A stretch of 63,982 nt of DNA, counting the filler, from Basidiobolus ranarum (lineage: Eukaryota), in assembly GCA_040143965.1 (NCBI GenBank). It is 4 parts of 4 records of this genome, joined end to end, with 100 filler letters (N's around TTAATTAATTAA, not from the genome) between each part and the next. Parts side by side here need not be neighbours in the genome. Positions count along the whole stretch, not along the records: positions 32,707 to 48,949 come from JASJQH010000350.1; positions 49,050 to 63,982 come from JASJQH010000404.1; 2 more parts are not named here. The stretch is one strand, 5' to 3'. A model generated the notes under the pieces. The model saw only the letters and a program-made list of their open reading frames with translations, was not told where the DNA came from and made no database searches. Each line of letters opens with the position of its first letter. The stretch's first letter is position 1. Positions 37,364-49,519 of this stretch are shown piece by piece. The position numbers and the translations under genes are program-made.

Positions 37364-39800
37364 TTAAGTGGACTTGGAGGTAGAAGCACCTAAAGTAGTT
37401 ATCACTTTGATGATATCATCCGGAGAATCAACATGCCATAAAGCTTGTGTTTTCTTATTAGCGCTTCCAATGGTTACAGGGAAACTAACTAATTCTGGTA
37501 GCTCCGCCTTTCTCAGTGCGCGGAACATGTCTTCATCAGTTTTATCATCACCGGCACAAAAGATAAAGTCGAAATCATTTGTAGACTTGATGACTCTCTT
37601 GACGATTTCACCCTTGTTTATGGAGACCGGTCGAACTTCGAGGTTCTTTTTCCCTACTAGAATTTCCACGGGTAATTTGGATACAACAGCATTTTCAAGA
37701 TGATTCTGGCATTCCTTGGCCTGGAAGGATCCATATTCAGGATCGGCCATCCTGTAATGCCAAGTAAGTGAGCACAGCTTATGCTCAATGAACGAACCCT
37801 GTGTGCGCTCAGTGTAATAAGTAAAGATCTCCAAAACATCATTCTTCCAGGAAAGGTCAAGATCCTCAGTAAGGTTGATCCATTTGTTTTTGTTTTCCGG
37901 GTCTGGATATTTTATAAAGCAACCATGCTCTGCGCTCAAACCAAGGTTGGGGATTCCACCCAACCATTCATCTAAAGCAGCTTGGTCACGGCCAGAAACA
38001 ACCCAAACAATGTTATTAGGGTCTTTAGTTAGTTTTTCGAGTCCTTCGAGCATTTCGGTAGAAGGAAGAGCGGCACCAGGTGTCTTACGGATAGCAGTCA
38101 AAGTACCATCATAATCAAAGAGGAAAAGTCTCTTCTTGGAGGATTGGTATTGCTTTACCAAGAGGTCCACATTGAGGAATGGAGTAGGTGCAGAATGATC
38201 ACCAGAAGTTGAGAGAATCCGGAGCTCATTGATGAAGTTATTAGCCCAAAACTTAGCAGTGTGAGAAGAAACGTGATTATACAGAAGTAGGTGCTTCATT
38301 TGCTTATCTTCAGGAGACATCGTGAGAGCTTCGTTTATTGATTCAGCAACACCAGAATAATCCCATGGGTTGACCAAAATCGCGCCACTAAGTGATCCTG
38401 CGGTACCTGTGAATTCACTTAAAATAAGGGGACCGTGATTTTCTTTTTGGCAGATAACATACTCTTGAGAAGTAGTGTTCATTCCGTCTCTAACTGAAGT
38501 AATAAGGCCAATATCAGAAAGTCTCAATAGGGCATAGAACTCTTCACGATCAATATGGGAATTGAAATGATGGACTGGAGTAAATTCGAGTGAGCCATAA
38601 GTTCCGTTGATACGAGAGATAACCTCGGAAACTTTGGATTCCAATTTAGGGGACTCGCGTTGAGGAGGCGTGGTGATTTGGATAAGAACAACTTCATCTC
38701 TCCACTCTGGGTATCTTTCCAAAAACTTTTCAAAAGCATAGAGTTTCTGCAATACACCAGTAACGCGATCCATTTTGTCTCTACCAATGATGATCTTCTT
38801 ATCCTCGTACATATCCCGAATAGCCTTCATTTTCTCAATGACTCCAGGGGAATTGCGATTAGCCTCCACATTTTCGACATCTATACCAATTGGATAGGTT
38901 CCTACAGTTACATAGCCTCCATGATAATCAACTCCGGTGGGAGTGGACTCTAGACCCAACACTCTAGTACAGCTACTGATGAAGTGTCTAGCATAGGAAT
39001 AAGTCTGGAAGCCAATCTGGTTGGCTCCAAGCATGCCCTCAAGAATTTCTTGACGTTTGGGGGAACTACGAAAGATTTCCGAGCTAGGGAAAGGTGAGTG
39101 TAAAAAGAATCCAATAATTGCATCAGGAATCGCCTGACGAATCATGTTGGGGACCAGTATCAAATGGTAATCATGGATCCAGACAATATCACCTGGCTTG
39201 TAAATTTCTTTGACAATATCAGCAAACTTTTGATTAACCTTGACGTAGTTAGCCCAATCCTGAGATTCACGTGTGCCGTGACCAACTGAATCCCATAGAA
39301 TATAGTGAAGCAAAGGCCACAAATCTATAACGAGAGCATTAGTATTTAACTTCAATGAATTTCCGAGTTTAATATAATATATTCATACCCGTTTTACAAT
39401 AACCCTCATAGTGTCCAGCTGCTTCTTTTTCGTCAAGGAAGACAGGGATAAGCTTTTCATTCTCCCATAGATATTTCTTGAGGGTTTGTTGATGTTGAGG
39501 AGATAAAAAATTAGAGTCCATGATTTCTCCATTGGCGTCTTTTACGTCACCAACACAACCGACATGAATGCATTCTCCGGTTTCTTCAAGAGAACGTAAA
39601 CCGGCATACATAGCACTGTGACCTCTTCTAGGACCAATCTTCCACTTGATTTCAGCAGGGGTAGTAGGGATGACCTTTTCATCGCCATTTTTACTCTCCT
39701 TTTGAACCTCACCATCGAAACAGCAGGCATGAGGGAGAAAGTGGGTCAAAGTAATTATACGGCCTTTAACTTCTTCAGTGTTCCCTTTTTTAGTTGGCAT
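37364..39800 (-). CDS. TPS2: Trehalose-6-phosphate phosphatase/synthase-complex subunit (GT20 + HAD phosphatase), 2 exons
   Basis: WIHDYHL, GFFLHSPFPSSEIFR, RDGMN, HAD motifs FLFDYDGTL and AGDDKTDEDMF. Intron about 39327-39388. Confidence 0.93.
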
Positions 39801-40583
39801 TTGTGAAGTTATATGAAAATTTAATGGGGATGAGGATAGAGTAGAGATAAGAAGTGTTAATAGCTTATGTGTCTTCCCAGGTATATTTATCAGTAAACTT
39901 ATATGCTCAACCGTCCAAACCAGATCATTTATTGAACTAAATTTCTTGGTTTGTCAAAATCATTTCCAGATTTAGTCATTTAATTTTGTTGTTTTTTGGA
40001 TAAAATCCCTTACAGAATACCATACTACGTAGATCGTTGACAATATCTATGGTATTAGTGGAGAGGTGCTCACGTCATATAGCCCAAAGAATATACTTGT
40101 CAACGTCACTATATAAAGCTACTTCTGGCTATCATTCTAATCTTAGCGTATCTGGTATCTGTATGCACAAACAAATCCCTACATCTAATATTATACAAGC
40201 CTCATCGGAGTTCTTTGTAATATGAGTCACACGAATGATGTCATTCAACTAAGAGAAATAGTCACACTTTGAGAAGTTAATATTCCATTCCAGATGTTAC
40301 TAGAATGAAAAATTGTTCATGTACCACTACGTTATGTCATTAACGATTGAGTGCAAGTGCTACGAATTTAATTGATTTTTATGAGTTAGATAACACGACT
40401 ATCTGATAAAGAGCAACGCTTCGTAAATTATTGATTTCCATATATAAAAGAAAGTAATAAATGAATAGCATTGATGTAGAATGGTAACGAATATTCTAGA
40501 GGATAGAAACAGTATCAGTGAGCCGAAAATTTCGTAAAATTGCTTATTGAGCTCTGTGTAGTAAGAACCTCTATTAGGGCGAC

Positions 40584-40982
40584 TCAATCTTTATTGTTTT
40601 TAAACTCTGAATTGACTGAGTCTTGAACTTTACGTATGGGTTCAGCTATAGCATTTTCAACATCTTGTACGGATTGTTGGATCTTGTGCTTAAATCCATC
40701 GGCTGTCTTAGAAATAGTATCTTTGGCGTTCGAAGATTCTTTCTCTAGTTTATTTTGTACCTTATCAAAAGTATTACTTTGCTCTTCTAGAGCCTTTTTG
40801 TGGGCTTCTTCCGCTTCCCTAAGATATTGAAGTAATTATTATGTGAGATAAACTTTACAATACTTTGAAAGGTGAACTAACCTGGCCATGTGCTCCAAAG
40901 GTGGACCAAATATATAAAGTCCCGAAAGAACACCGACACCACCGGCCATTAAGACTGTACCATACTTTCTAAGAAAATTCAT
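40584..40982 (-). CDS. Small single-pass membrane protein, PIGBOS1-like N-terminus plus coiled coil (111 aa, 2 exons)
   Basis: Exons 40882-40982 and 40584-40818 splice in frame (GT...AG): MNFLRKYGTVLMAGGVGVLSGLYIFGPPLEHMAREAEEAHKKALEEQ...NNKD*. Family resemblance is from memory. Confidence 0.7.
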
Positions 40983-41440
40983 GACGCTTGTAATAGTTGA
41001 GAAAGTGGATAATTGATAATTCGTTGGGTCCAAAAGGTTAGCTTATCTGGAAGTGAATTTTTTTGGGGGGGGGGAAATCCATAGACCATAAAAATATTTC
41101 CACATGATTAATCTAGGATTCCCCTTTTAGTTGACGTAACACACCATGCAGATATACTCAGTTTTTAAAGCAATAGTAAGTTCTTGACTAGCTTAGTAAA
41201 AGTGATGTGACTTTTTAATGAGATATGGTGTGAATTCATTTTACTATGGGCATTAATACGCATGAATACGAATGATCCAACAATAATCCTAAAAAATACC
41301 GAAATTAAAAAACATCGAATTACAATCTTATTACTATGAGTAGGGCGCGGGGTAAATGAAGGGAGTCACGGTTTACGGTTATTTCTGGATTTTTTACAAT
41401 TGGAATGAGAATCATATCAAGCTAACGATTAGGATTGAGA

Positions 41441-43588
41441 TCAGGCGGTTTGCTCTGTAGGTTCTTCGACAGGAGCCTCTCCTTCTGCTTCAGTCTGCTT
41501 TGGTTGTGAAGGTGGTGGAGAAGTCTGTTGTTGTAGTAAAGCAGCCAAGGTTTCCCGATTTCTTTTTTCTCTAAGACGTTCTAGCTCTTCGGTTCCACCC
41601 GTTTTTCTGAGTTTCTTTGATCCATGATTCAATTGTGCTTCAAATTCGTCTACCTTATTTTCAAGCTCCCATCGACGAAGCTTTTCTGATTGAGCCATAG
41701 CTCTGAGGCGTCTTTCAGAATCGGGATCAACACAGGCAATCTCTTGGAATACATTCCCTAGTACATCTTGCCTTTCCTCAATTGGTGCCACTTCAATGGT
41801 GATTGGTTTTACAACGGTTTTGGCTTTCAATTCCAAGATTTTACCCAATTGTTCCAACAGAGTTTGGGACTCTTTATGCTCATCTTCAAGGTCATTAAGT
41901 AGGGCCTGGTGTTTTTTCAAGAATTCTTGGCAACTAATAATGTGTTTGAGCTCTTCCTCAAAGTTCTTCTTCCATCCAGGAGTGACTTCATCAACATAAT
42001 TTCTTTGACCTATCAGTTCCTCCGCTATAGCCTTAGACTCTTTGAATGCAAATTCCATTTGAAACTTGCTAGGTCTTCCGTTCTTGATCACCAATGCCTT
42101 CATATCGTCGATGAGGTCTTGAAGATCGTGCATTCTATCGTATACGGAGATAGCTTTTTGTTCCAATTTATTGATTCCAGTATCGATGAATGTTCGTGAA
42201 CTTTGTGGTGTTTTTTCCAATTTCTCTTTGAATGTTTGAGTGTTAGAGGCCAAATTAGATAGCATCTTAGTGGTTTCAATCTGAAATTCATTATATAGTT
42301 GTTTGACGACGATAAGTTCAGTTCGAAGTGAACGAATCTCCTTCTGAAATTGACGTAATTTTTCTTGTTGCGATGAAGACTCAAGAGTGGGACTGATTCT
42401 CGAATTGTTTCCATGATTATTAGAGGAGCTATTGAGAAGACTATTATCCCTATTCTTGAAGGATCCTGTATCGGCAATCGTGTTGCTTCGTTGTATGGAT
42501 TTACCATTAAAACCAGGGGTAACTGAAGTGTTAGCTTTCTCTAATTTGAATAGTGCTTTTAACTCATTCATTTCGTTCACAATCATAGAGAATCCATTAT
42601 CCACTTGTTGTTGAATTTTATCAACCTTAGACTCGGATGGAACTATTTAATAAATAAAGTAGAAGTTTAGTTGATGATCAGAAAGATAACACTACCGACC
42701 AGTTTTACCTTGTACATTTAACCTCAGGTGAGATTTCTCCTCTAAATCTTTCAAGTCCTCAAGTTCATACCACACAAGGGTATCCTTATCTTTGATATAT
42801 AAAGGTAGGGACTCTACTTGTTCGAGTGTGAGACCAAACTTTTCCACGAATAATTGGCCCACCATAGTAAGAGAGGTTACTTGTTCAGATAAAGTAATCT
42901 TTTTAACTTGATTCTCAAATTCAAGGAAGATGTTTGTTTCTAATAAATATCTTAGTGATAATGTTCAGCAATAATATGAAGGTGACGTAATCGAATAAAT
43001 ACCTGGCTTCTGGTCAAGGGGGACCAAAGGGATTGAAATCCCCTCTGGAGTTACTTGTTCAGTCACAGTTTCATGGATACTCGGATGTTGTGGTGTGATT
43101 GGTAGGGCTTTTTCTTTGGGAATGATAAAGTCTGGATTGTGGGGCCCTTCCAAGGGAGCATGTTGGTCAGGGCCCATTCCTCTAGCAGAATTTACTCGTT
43201 CAGGTATTACAGAATTATGACCATATGTTTGAGAACGATGGAGGTTTGATTGTCGATGAATTGCTGGATTCTCCATGCCTACCGTATTATATATCGTAGC
43301 TGTAGGTTCGGGAATAGTAGATGGTGGAGGATTCCCTACGGAATAACTGGAGGGATCATATTCGCCGGGATAACCAGGTACAGAAGGTGGATAATTTTGG
43401 TAGGGTTGATTTGAATATGGTGGCAGATGTCTGGAAGAAGGGTATGAAGGCTGGGGATAACCTTGGTGAGGCCAAGCAGGGTTATTTTCGGTACTGTTTG
43501 CATGCGTATACTCCCATGGTTGAGTTTGAGGAGCGTTATGAGGTGGCGAAGAGGGATGAGGATAGTACCGTTTGTAATCGTCAGCCAT
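41441..43588 (-). CDS. BUD6: Bud6/Aip3 actin-interacting polarisome protein, 3 exons
   Basis: Pro/Tyr-rich N-terminus, IFLEFENQVKK...LYIKDKDTLVWYELEDL, and the AIP3 core WKKNFEEELKHIISCQEFL..HQALLNDLEDE, PDSERRLRAM. Confidence 0.82.
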
Positions 43589-44285
43589 ATGTAAGACAAT
43601 GCAGGTATGCTAAAGGTAAAGTGAATATACCAAAGTCTGAGAAGAAAAGGTGATTGGGGCTTGGTCAACTAGCAATCATAGCTGATGGTGGTTTTCCAAT
43701 TTAAAACGTTGATGCTGATTGGCAGTAAACTATTTCAAAAGAAGATTGAGGTTATTAGACCAATCATCCAAAAATTAGATAAATAACCGCACGACTGTTC
43801 TAGAATCTTGGCTATCTATTTCGTATTGATGCTAAGAATCAAACAACTTAACTAGCGATTTCTTATCATTGCTAAAAGTTAGACAACAGTTTGAACACGT
43901 TCAGATTTACACTTATAAATCTTCAACTGGTAAGCTCAAGTATACTACCATAAAATCTTCAACTAGTGTGCTAAATGTACTCACGAAATATCTGGAAATT
44001 ACACAAGATACGTTAAGTAACTTCTGACTCATATAGATCAATCTAACCCTAACAATACTTTTCAAATTCTTTTACTGTTAAACAAAGAGATTTCATCTAG
44101 ATTCAGAGAAGGTGCTGATTTTGAGTGACTTCAGGGGGATGGAGATCAAGGTAATTTACATATCGGGGTAGAGTGAACATGGACGTAGAGGAAGGGTAGG
44201 GTAGGGTCAGTAAAAGGTGAAAAGTATCAAATGAATTGATGCTAGAAAATACATATAACAATAGAATGGATTGTTTGGAACTCTA

Positions 44286-45677
44286 TCAATAATGGTGATA
44301 GGTTTGCTCTTTGATATCGTGTTGCTTATCATCAGGTCCAGCCTCCAACTCATCCTCAAGTGAGACTTGATCCTCCTCCATTGTTTTACCAAAATCATTT
44401 TCCCATTTCGCCATCACAACTGTAGCAAGGCAGTTGCCAATGATGTTAATACCAGTACGTCCCATATCCATAAGTGCATCCACTCCCATAATCACCGCAA
44501 CAGCCTCGAGAGGGAGATTGTAACTCTTAAGGGTGGCAGACAAAATGACAAGGGAAGCACGAGGAACCGCTGCCACACCCTTAGAGGTCAGCATCAGTGT
44601 AAACATCATAACTACTTGCTGGCCTAGTGGCATATTGATACCACCCGCCTGTGCCGCAAAAATAGAAGCAAGCGCAAGATAGAGGGTGGTACCTGCCAAG
44701 TTAAAGGAATATCCCACTGGCATCACAAATGCTACAATGCTTTTAGGAACTCCAAAGTTTTGTAGATTTTCCATAGCAAGAGGGAGTGCAGCCTCAGAAG
44801 ATGCTGTAGAAAAACCGATGAGAGTAGGCTGACCAATGCATTTGATGAAGCCCTTTAGTGGAATGCGGGCTAAGAGGACATTGGGTAGTAGAATCACAAC
44901 GATGAAGATAACTAGAGAAAGGTAAAAGCATCCCAACAATTTCCCTAGAGTAACCAAAATTCCTACACCACTTTTACCAATGGTATACGCAAGAGAGGCA
45001 CCAATACCGAAGGGAGCAAAATTCATGACGATCCTGGTTACGATGAACATCAGTTCCGAAAGGCTGGACAGAAAAGTAAGCATGGGTTGTTTGACGTGAT
45101 TAGGGGCTTTGATCATGGCGATGGAGAACACTATGGCGCAGAAAACGATTTGCAATACTTCGTTACCACTGGCAGCCTCGAAAAAACTCTTAGGAACAAT
45201 ACTGTAAAGCTCACTTTCCCATGTCATGGTAGTGCTATTAGACATTTCATTTCCTTCACCAGCATCAACACCATTTAAACTGACCCCACTACCGGGTTTA
45301 AGGAGATTAGCCATTGCGGTACCAAGAGCGAGAGCAAAGACAGTCAGAATCTCAAAATAGATGATAGATTTAAGTGCCAATCTACCAATCTTGGCAACAT
45401 CATCACCATGACCTGAGATGCCAACAGTTAAGGTAGAGAAAATCAAAGGAACAATCAGGCACTGTATCATGTATAAAAATACATTGGAGATGGGTTGCAA
45501 ATTAACCGAGAAATCTGGAGCCAGCCACCCAAGAAGCACCCCTACAACCATAGAAGTAAAAATCCATATTGTGAGGTTGATACGCTTTAGTTGCTTCCAG
45601 CACCATTTAAAGGGTAGCAATATTTTGGTCATAATCTGCCTGCCATTGCTAGGCGACGAGTGATCAATGGAAGACAT
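44286..45677 (-). CDS. Dicarboxylate/amino acid:cation symporter (DAACS/SLC1, GltP-like)
   Basis: Intronless 463 aa: IVPLIFSTL, FSTASSEAALP (HP1), GYSFNLAGTTLY (TM7), LMLTSKGVAAVPRASLV (HP2), GVDALMDMGRTGINIIGN (TM8). Confidence 0.93.
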   Translation of the reverse strand: MSSIDHSSPSNGRQIMTKILLPFKWCWKQLKRINLTIWIFTSMVVGVLLGWLAPDFSVNLQPISNVFLYMIQCLIVPLIFSTLTVGISGHGDDVAKIGRLALKSIIYFEILTVFALALGTAMANLLKPGSGVSLNGVDAGEGNEMSNSTTMTWESELYSIVPKSFFEAASGNEVLQIVFCAIVFSIAMIKAPNHVKQPMLTFLSSLSELMFIVTRIVMNFAPFGIGASLAYTIGKSGVGILVTLGKLLGCFYLSLVIFIVVILLPNVLLARIPLKGFIKCIGQPTLIGFSTASSEAALPLAMENLQNFGVPKSIVAFVMPVGYSFNLAGTTLYLALASIFAAQAGGINMPLGQQVVMMFTLMLTSKGVAAVPRASLVILSATLKSYNLPLEAVAVIMGVDALMDMGRTGINIIGNCLATVVMAKWENDFGKTMEEDQVSLEDELEAGPDDKQHDIKEQTYHHY

Positions 45678-47676
45678 GTTTAAGAAGATAGATGTATATA
45701 TAGGTATGCTGTTGGCACACAGAATGATAAGTAGCTACGCGCTCACTAACCCTTATATATAGCTTAGAAAAAATCAACAATAGACTGCGAACGACGAATC
45801 GTAGACGTAAAAAGTCATTTGATGTAGTTTTTGGAGCCAGACAAGTTTTATTTAACAAATATATACATTTATATGTATATTTGGAATAAACTTCGATTCG
45901 TTATCTGTACAAGGTATTCCAGAAGCGTTCCTGAGATTTTTCAGTTACTCAATTAAAACTATGACTTCGATTAAGTGAGTATTCCTTCTTTGTGAGTGAG
46001 CCTTAGAAGTAAAGCTCTTACTTCTGTGAAGGTTAGATTCAAAGCTTCTACTACCAATGCGTTACAGGCTATACCGAGCGTGAAGCCCAAGAATATCGTA
46101 TCCATGTACTAAGAATTGTCCAAGAATCTGGGTCATTCTATCTGATAGGTCAGATAATCCTCTTTTTGGCTCATTTCATTTCGAAGAACGTTGTTGGGAT
46201 TAAACTGTAGCTTTTGGGAATTTTTCTCACGCTTCTGATACGCCAGTCAATTAGCATTGGTCAATAGATATATAGAGTCATTTATGTGTACCCAACAGAT
46301 GCGTTATCATATAGTTTGTCTACTTTAACCTTAACACATCATAAATTTAGTATAATATTATATCGTAATACCCATGAAATCCAGTAGAATATTATATACC
46401 CATGAAATACCTTGTTTCATAGCGATGATTGCACTACGGATAATGTCATTTTCCGAACGAACGAAATGCACAGGGTGATGTTTGACTGACATCAAGAACT
46501 CCATATGATTAACTGGCTCTGCTACTTTAGAGTGTGCAATGCAACCAAGCGAGTTAAAGCCAGATTGCTATCTATTTGGTAGTTGCTTTGATCTGATAGA
46601 ACCGGATTATTCCAAATTTAGTAATTTTGATCCGTTCCATCCGTGCTAGGTGTCACATTACTCACGCATCGTGGTAGTTCTTCCTATGTATGTAGCAATC
46701 AGTCATGATGTGATCATCGATGTCAGCATCCAATCCCTGTAAGTTGACCAGCAGCGTATCTGATTCTTTCCTTTTGGGTGAACAGAAATGACTTTTAATG
46801 ATCGAATATCACTGTCCCGGTTTTAACCTGACCTTGGTAGATAAAATTGTATCAGAGAACATTATCAAGGAACAGTTCATGATACGAAACGATATATTCG
46901 AATCATATGTATATCCCTGATTTATATGCTAGTAATATCCCTAATTTATATGCTGGTAGTCACTTTCAATCCATCTCACTATTCATTTTGGTCATTATGC
47001 TCCAAGTAAAGTTTGATCTTCACTGTGACCTTTACCAGAACACAATTTAAACTTAAAATCGATGAAATTAATTAGGAACATTGAATTGCGATCCTTTTAT
47101 GCATTCACAAGATTGGTATAAAGTTTGTTAAGCAATTTAGACTCTGATTATTCAATCATTGACATATTTATTCCTGCTTACTCTCTGCCTGCTAATATTA
47201 GCAACTTGAATTCATCAATAGCGTATTGTCACTTTCTCATGTGGTGTCTCAAATCTTTGGGCAGTATAATTCTGTTGTATTAGCTCAACTTGAGTATACC
47301 AGGGGTGTCAGACTGGATAATCGTAATTTGTACCAAACTTGAAGACATTGAACCCAGTAGCTGCTACATAGTGCAAATAGGATTAAGACATAGGGAACAA
47401 GCACAAGATTGCCAAAAAAGACTCAATCTACTATTTTAAAATTGAATAAACTGTAATTTACCTAAGCAACTTGTAGCTTTTATTGCTGTGAAGATCTTCT
47501 TAGGATTAAAACCATACTTATTTCTCCAGAAAAATGTTATGATATCCTGACTTTTACTGAACCAAAAAAATTGTCAAGTGCAGAATTTTAGTACACTTTA
47601 TGCAAGAGAAGTTTACAGAGCCAAGCTGAATTAATATGAGCTTGTAAACAGCATATCAAGGAAAGTATCCCATATG

Positions 47677-48800
47677 TGCTGAAATTAGCATTGCCTTAAT
47701 ACCTATATAGTCATATATAGCTTAGTATCTAGCTATCTTATATTTCACCAAGATATCACCCAATATTCTCATGAGGAATTTACTTGGAATATTTTTACCA
47801 ACTTATAAGTTCTCAGATATATAGATTTTTCAAACTTGTGTTAGAAGCCCCAAGCCTTACACACGCTCCTGGGACCTACTGTAACTTATTCATCATGTTA
47901 GTTTGTTTACATCTTGACAAAACTATAAATATCAACTTTCAACTCAATGAGTCAATAGGTGAAAACCACCAATTTCTCTAATTCTCCAAACCACTTCCAA
48001 CAGTCTGTGCTGGTAACCTAATTTGTCTTAATGTTAAAGACAAATTGCTAATTCAATGTTCAAGAGCCAAAATTGCTAAGAAGGTATCAAAAACCTTGAA
48101 AAAACCTACCAAACCAGTTTTTCTGCCAACAAGATGCTTCTAAGAAAATTCATTAACTTAAGGACCAAGCCTGAAGAAGACATTAAATCACTAATTAATA
48201 GAGTCATTATTTTAGTGAATAAAGTGGAATGCATCGAAATATCTACTACTGATCAAGATACCATGGTTATTGTCATGAATAGTCTGCCACACAAGTTTCA
48301 GAATCTAGTAATGGCTCTAGAATCAAGAACTGAAAATTTGACCTTAAATTATGAATTTAGCAGACTGCTGGATGATGATTTATGCAAATTAGGATCTAAC
48401 CAAATGAATGCAGAAAAAGCTTTAATAGGCTATGGGAAGCCATCCTATAATAGTCAAAAGCACTTTAAGACAAAAAGTAACATTTTCTGTAATTACTATA
48501 AAAGAGTTGGCCATTTAAGCATAGATTGCTGTAAAGAACTGCAAATGAAGAAAAATGTACCAAATCTGGAAATGTGGTTACAAAAGAGGATCACTTATTC
48601 ATATCTGCTCTATCTATGACAACCAACAAGGATTCTGAGACAAAGTATATTGATTCTGGAACCTCCCAACACTTCCAAAATGAAAAATATTGGTTTGTGG
48701 ATTACAAAGTGTTGAAAGTCTGGTGACTTGTGGTACAAGCAGTAATTCCCAAAGAGGAAAATTTGGAGTATGGTGACTGCATCTGAACACAAAGTCTAAG
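47677..48800 (+). mobile_element. Degenerate Ty1/Copia retrotransposon: LTR (47677-48002) plus gag/protease remnant
   Basis: LTR begins TGCTGAAATTAG and matches 409-693. ORF 48134-48619 is gag-like (NSLPHKFQNLVMALE) with a degenerate zinc knuckle CNYYKRVGHLSIDC. Protease motif IDSGTSQH at 48649-48672 lies after the stop. Confidence 0.85.
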
Positions 48801-48892
48801 GCCAATCAGTTGCTTGTATAGCTGAAATGTCAAAGTAGCATACATTGACAGACTAGGTTAAGGTTCCCTAGCAATATAGGCATAGCATACAA

Positions 48893-48949
48893 GGACTGGT
48901 AGCTCAGTGGTTAGAGCACCTTGCTAGAGTGAAGGAGGTCCCAGGTTCA
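48893..48949 (+). pseudogene. tRNA-like sequence truncated by the contig end
   Basis: GGACTGG TA GCTCAGTGGTTAGAGC A CCTTG CTAGAGT GAAGG AGGTC CCAGGTTCA: good D arm, imperfect anticodon arm, start of a T arm. Confidence 0.55.
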
Positions 48950-49049
48950 NNNNNNNNNNNNNNNNNNNNNNNNNNNNNNNNNNNNNNNNNNNNTTAATTA
49001 ATTAANNNNNNNNNNNNNNNNNNNNNNNNNNNNNNNNNNNNNNNNNNNN
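48950..49049. other. Artificial contig linker
   Basis: 44 N + TTAATTAATTAA + 44 N. Confidence 0.97.
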
Positions 49050-49114
49050 AATGTTCCGAGCTGGCCCCGCACCAGGCCGCAGACCCAACCTCCCCTGGGG
49101 CGGCGGGTACTTAG

Positions 49115-49519
49115 GTGATTATTCTCATGATGATTTCTGGTCACATGTGGAACCAAATCCGTGGTCCACCTTATGTAGTATCTGGGCCTAAAGGTGAAGT
49201 TCAATACATTGTTCCAGGACAGATGCAACAGATTGGTATTGAAAGCCATATTATCACTTTGTTATGTAAGTACTTTACGGCCAAAATTCATGAACATTTA
49301 CGAATGCATATTCATCTATGATATGACATATTTATACCCTTAGATGCTACTTGCGCTGTGTGTATCATTCTTCTCGGAATCCATGTCCCAGCGATGAAAG
49401 AAACCAAACAAAGAATTTCTGTGATCCTCCTCACAGCCATACTTTTACTCGCATATAGTGCAGTGATGTATTTATTCCGGATCAAGAGCGCCGGATACCC
49501 TTACCGACTTTTGTTCTAA
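49115..49519 (+). CDS. Oligosaccharyltransferase OST3/OST6 (MAGT1/TUSC3) family, 3' part only
   Basis: ISGHMWNQIRGPPY...QIGIESHI, intron about 49265-49343, then ...FRIKSAGYPYRLLF*. 5' exons missing beyond the contig start. Confidence 0.88.

Noticed and set aside
49050-49112. GC-rich 60-bp stretch right after the third linker
   Set aside because: Sits at a contig start where an AT-rich intron is expected; most likely low-quality or chimeric read end.
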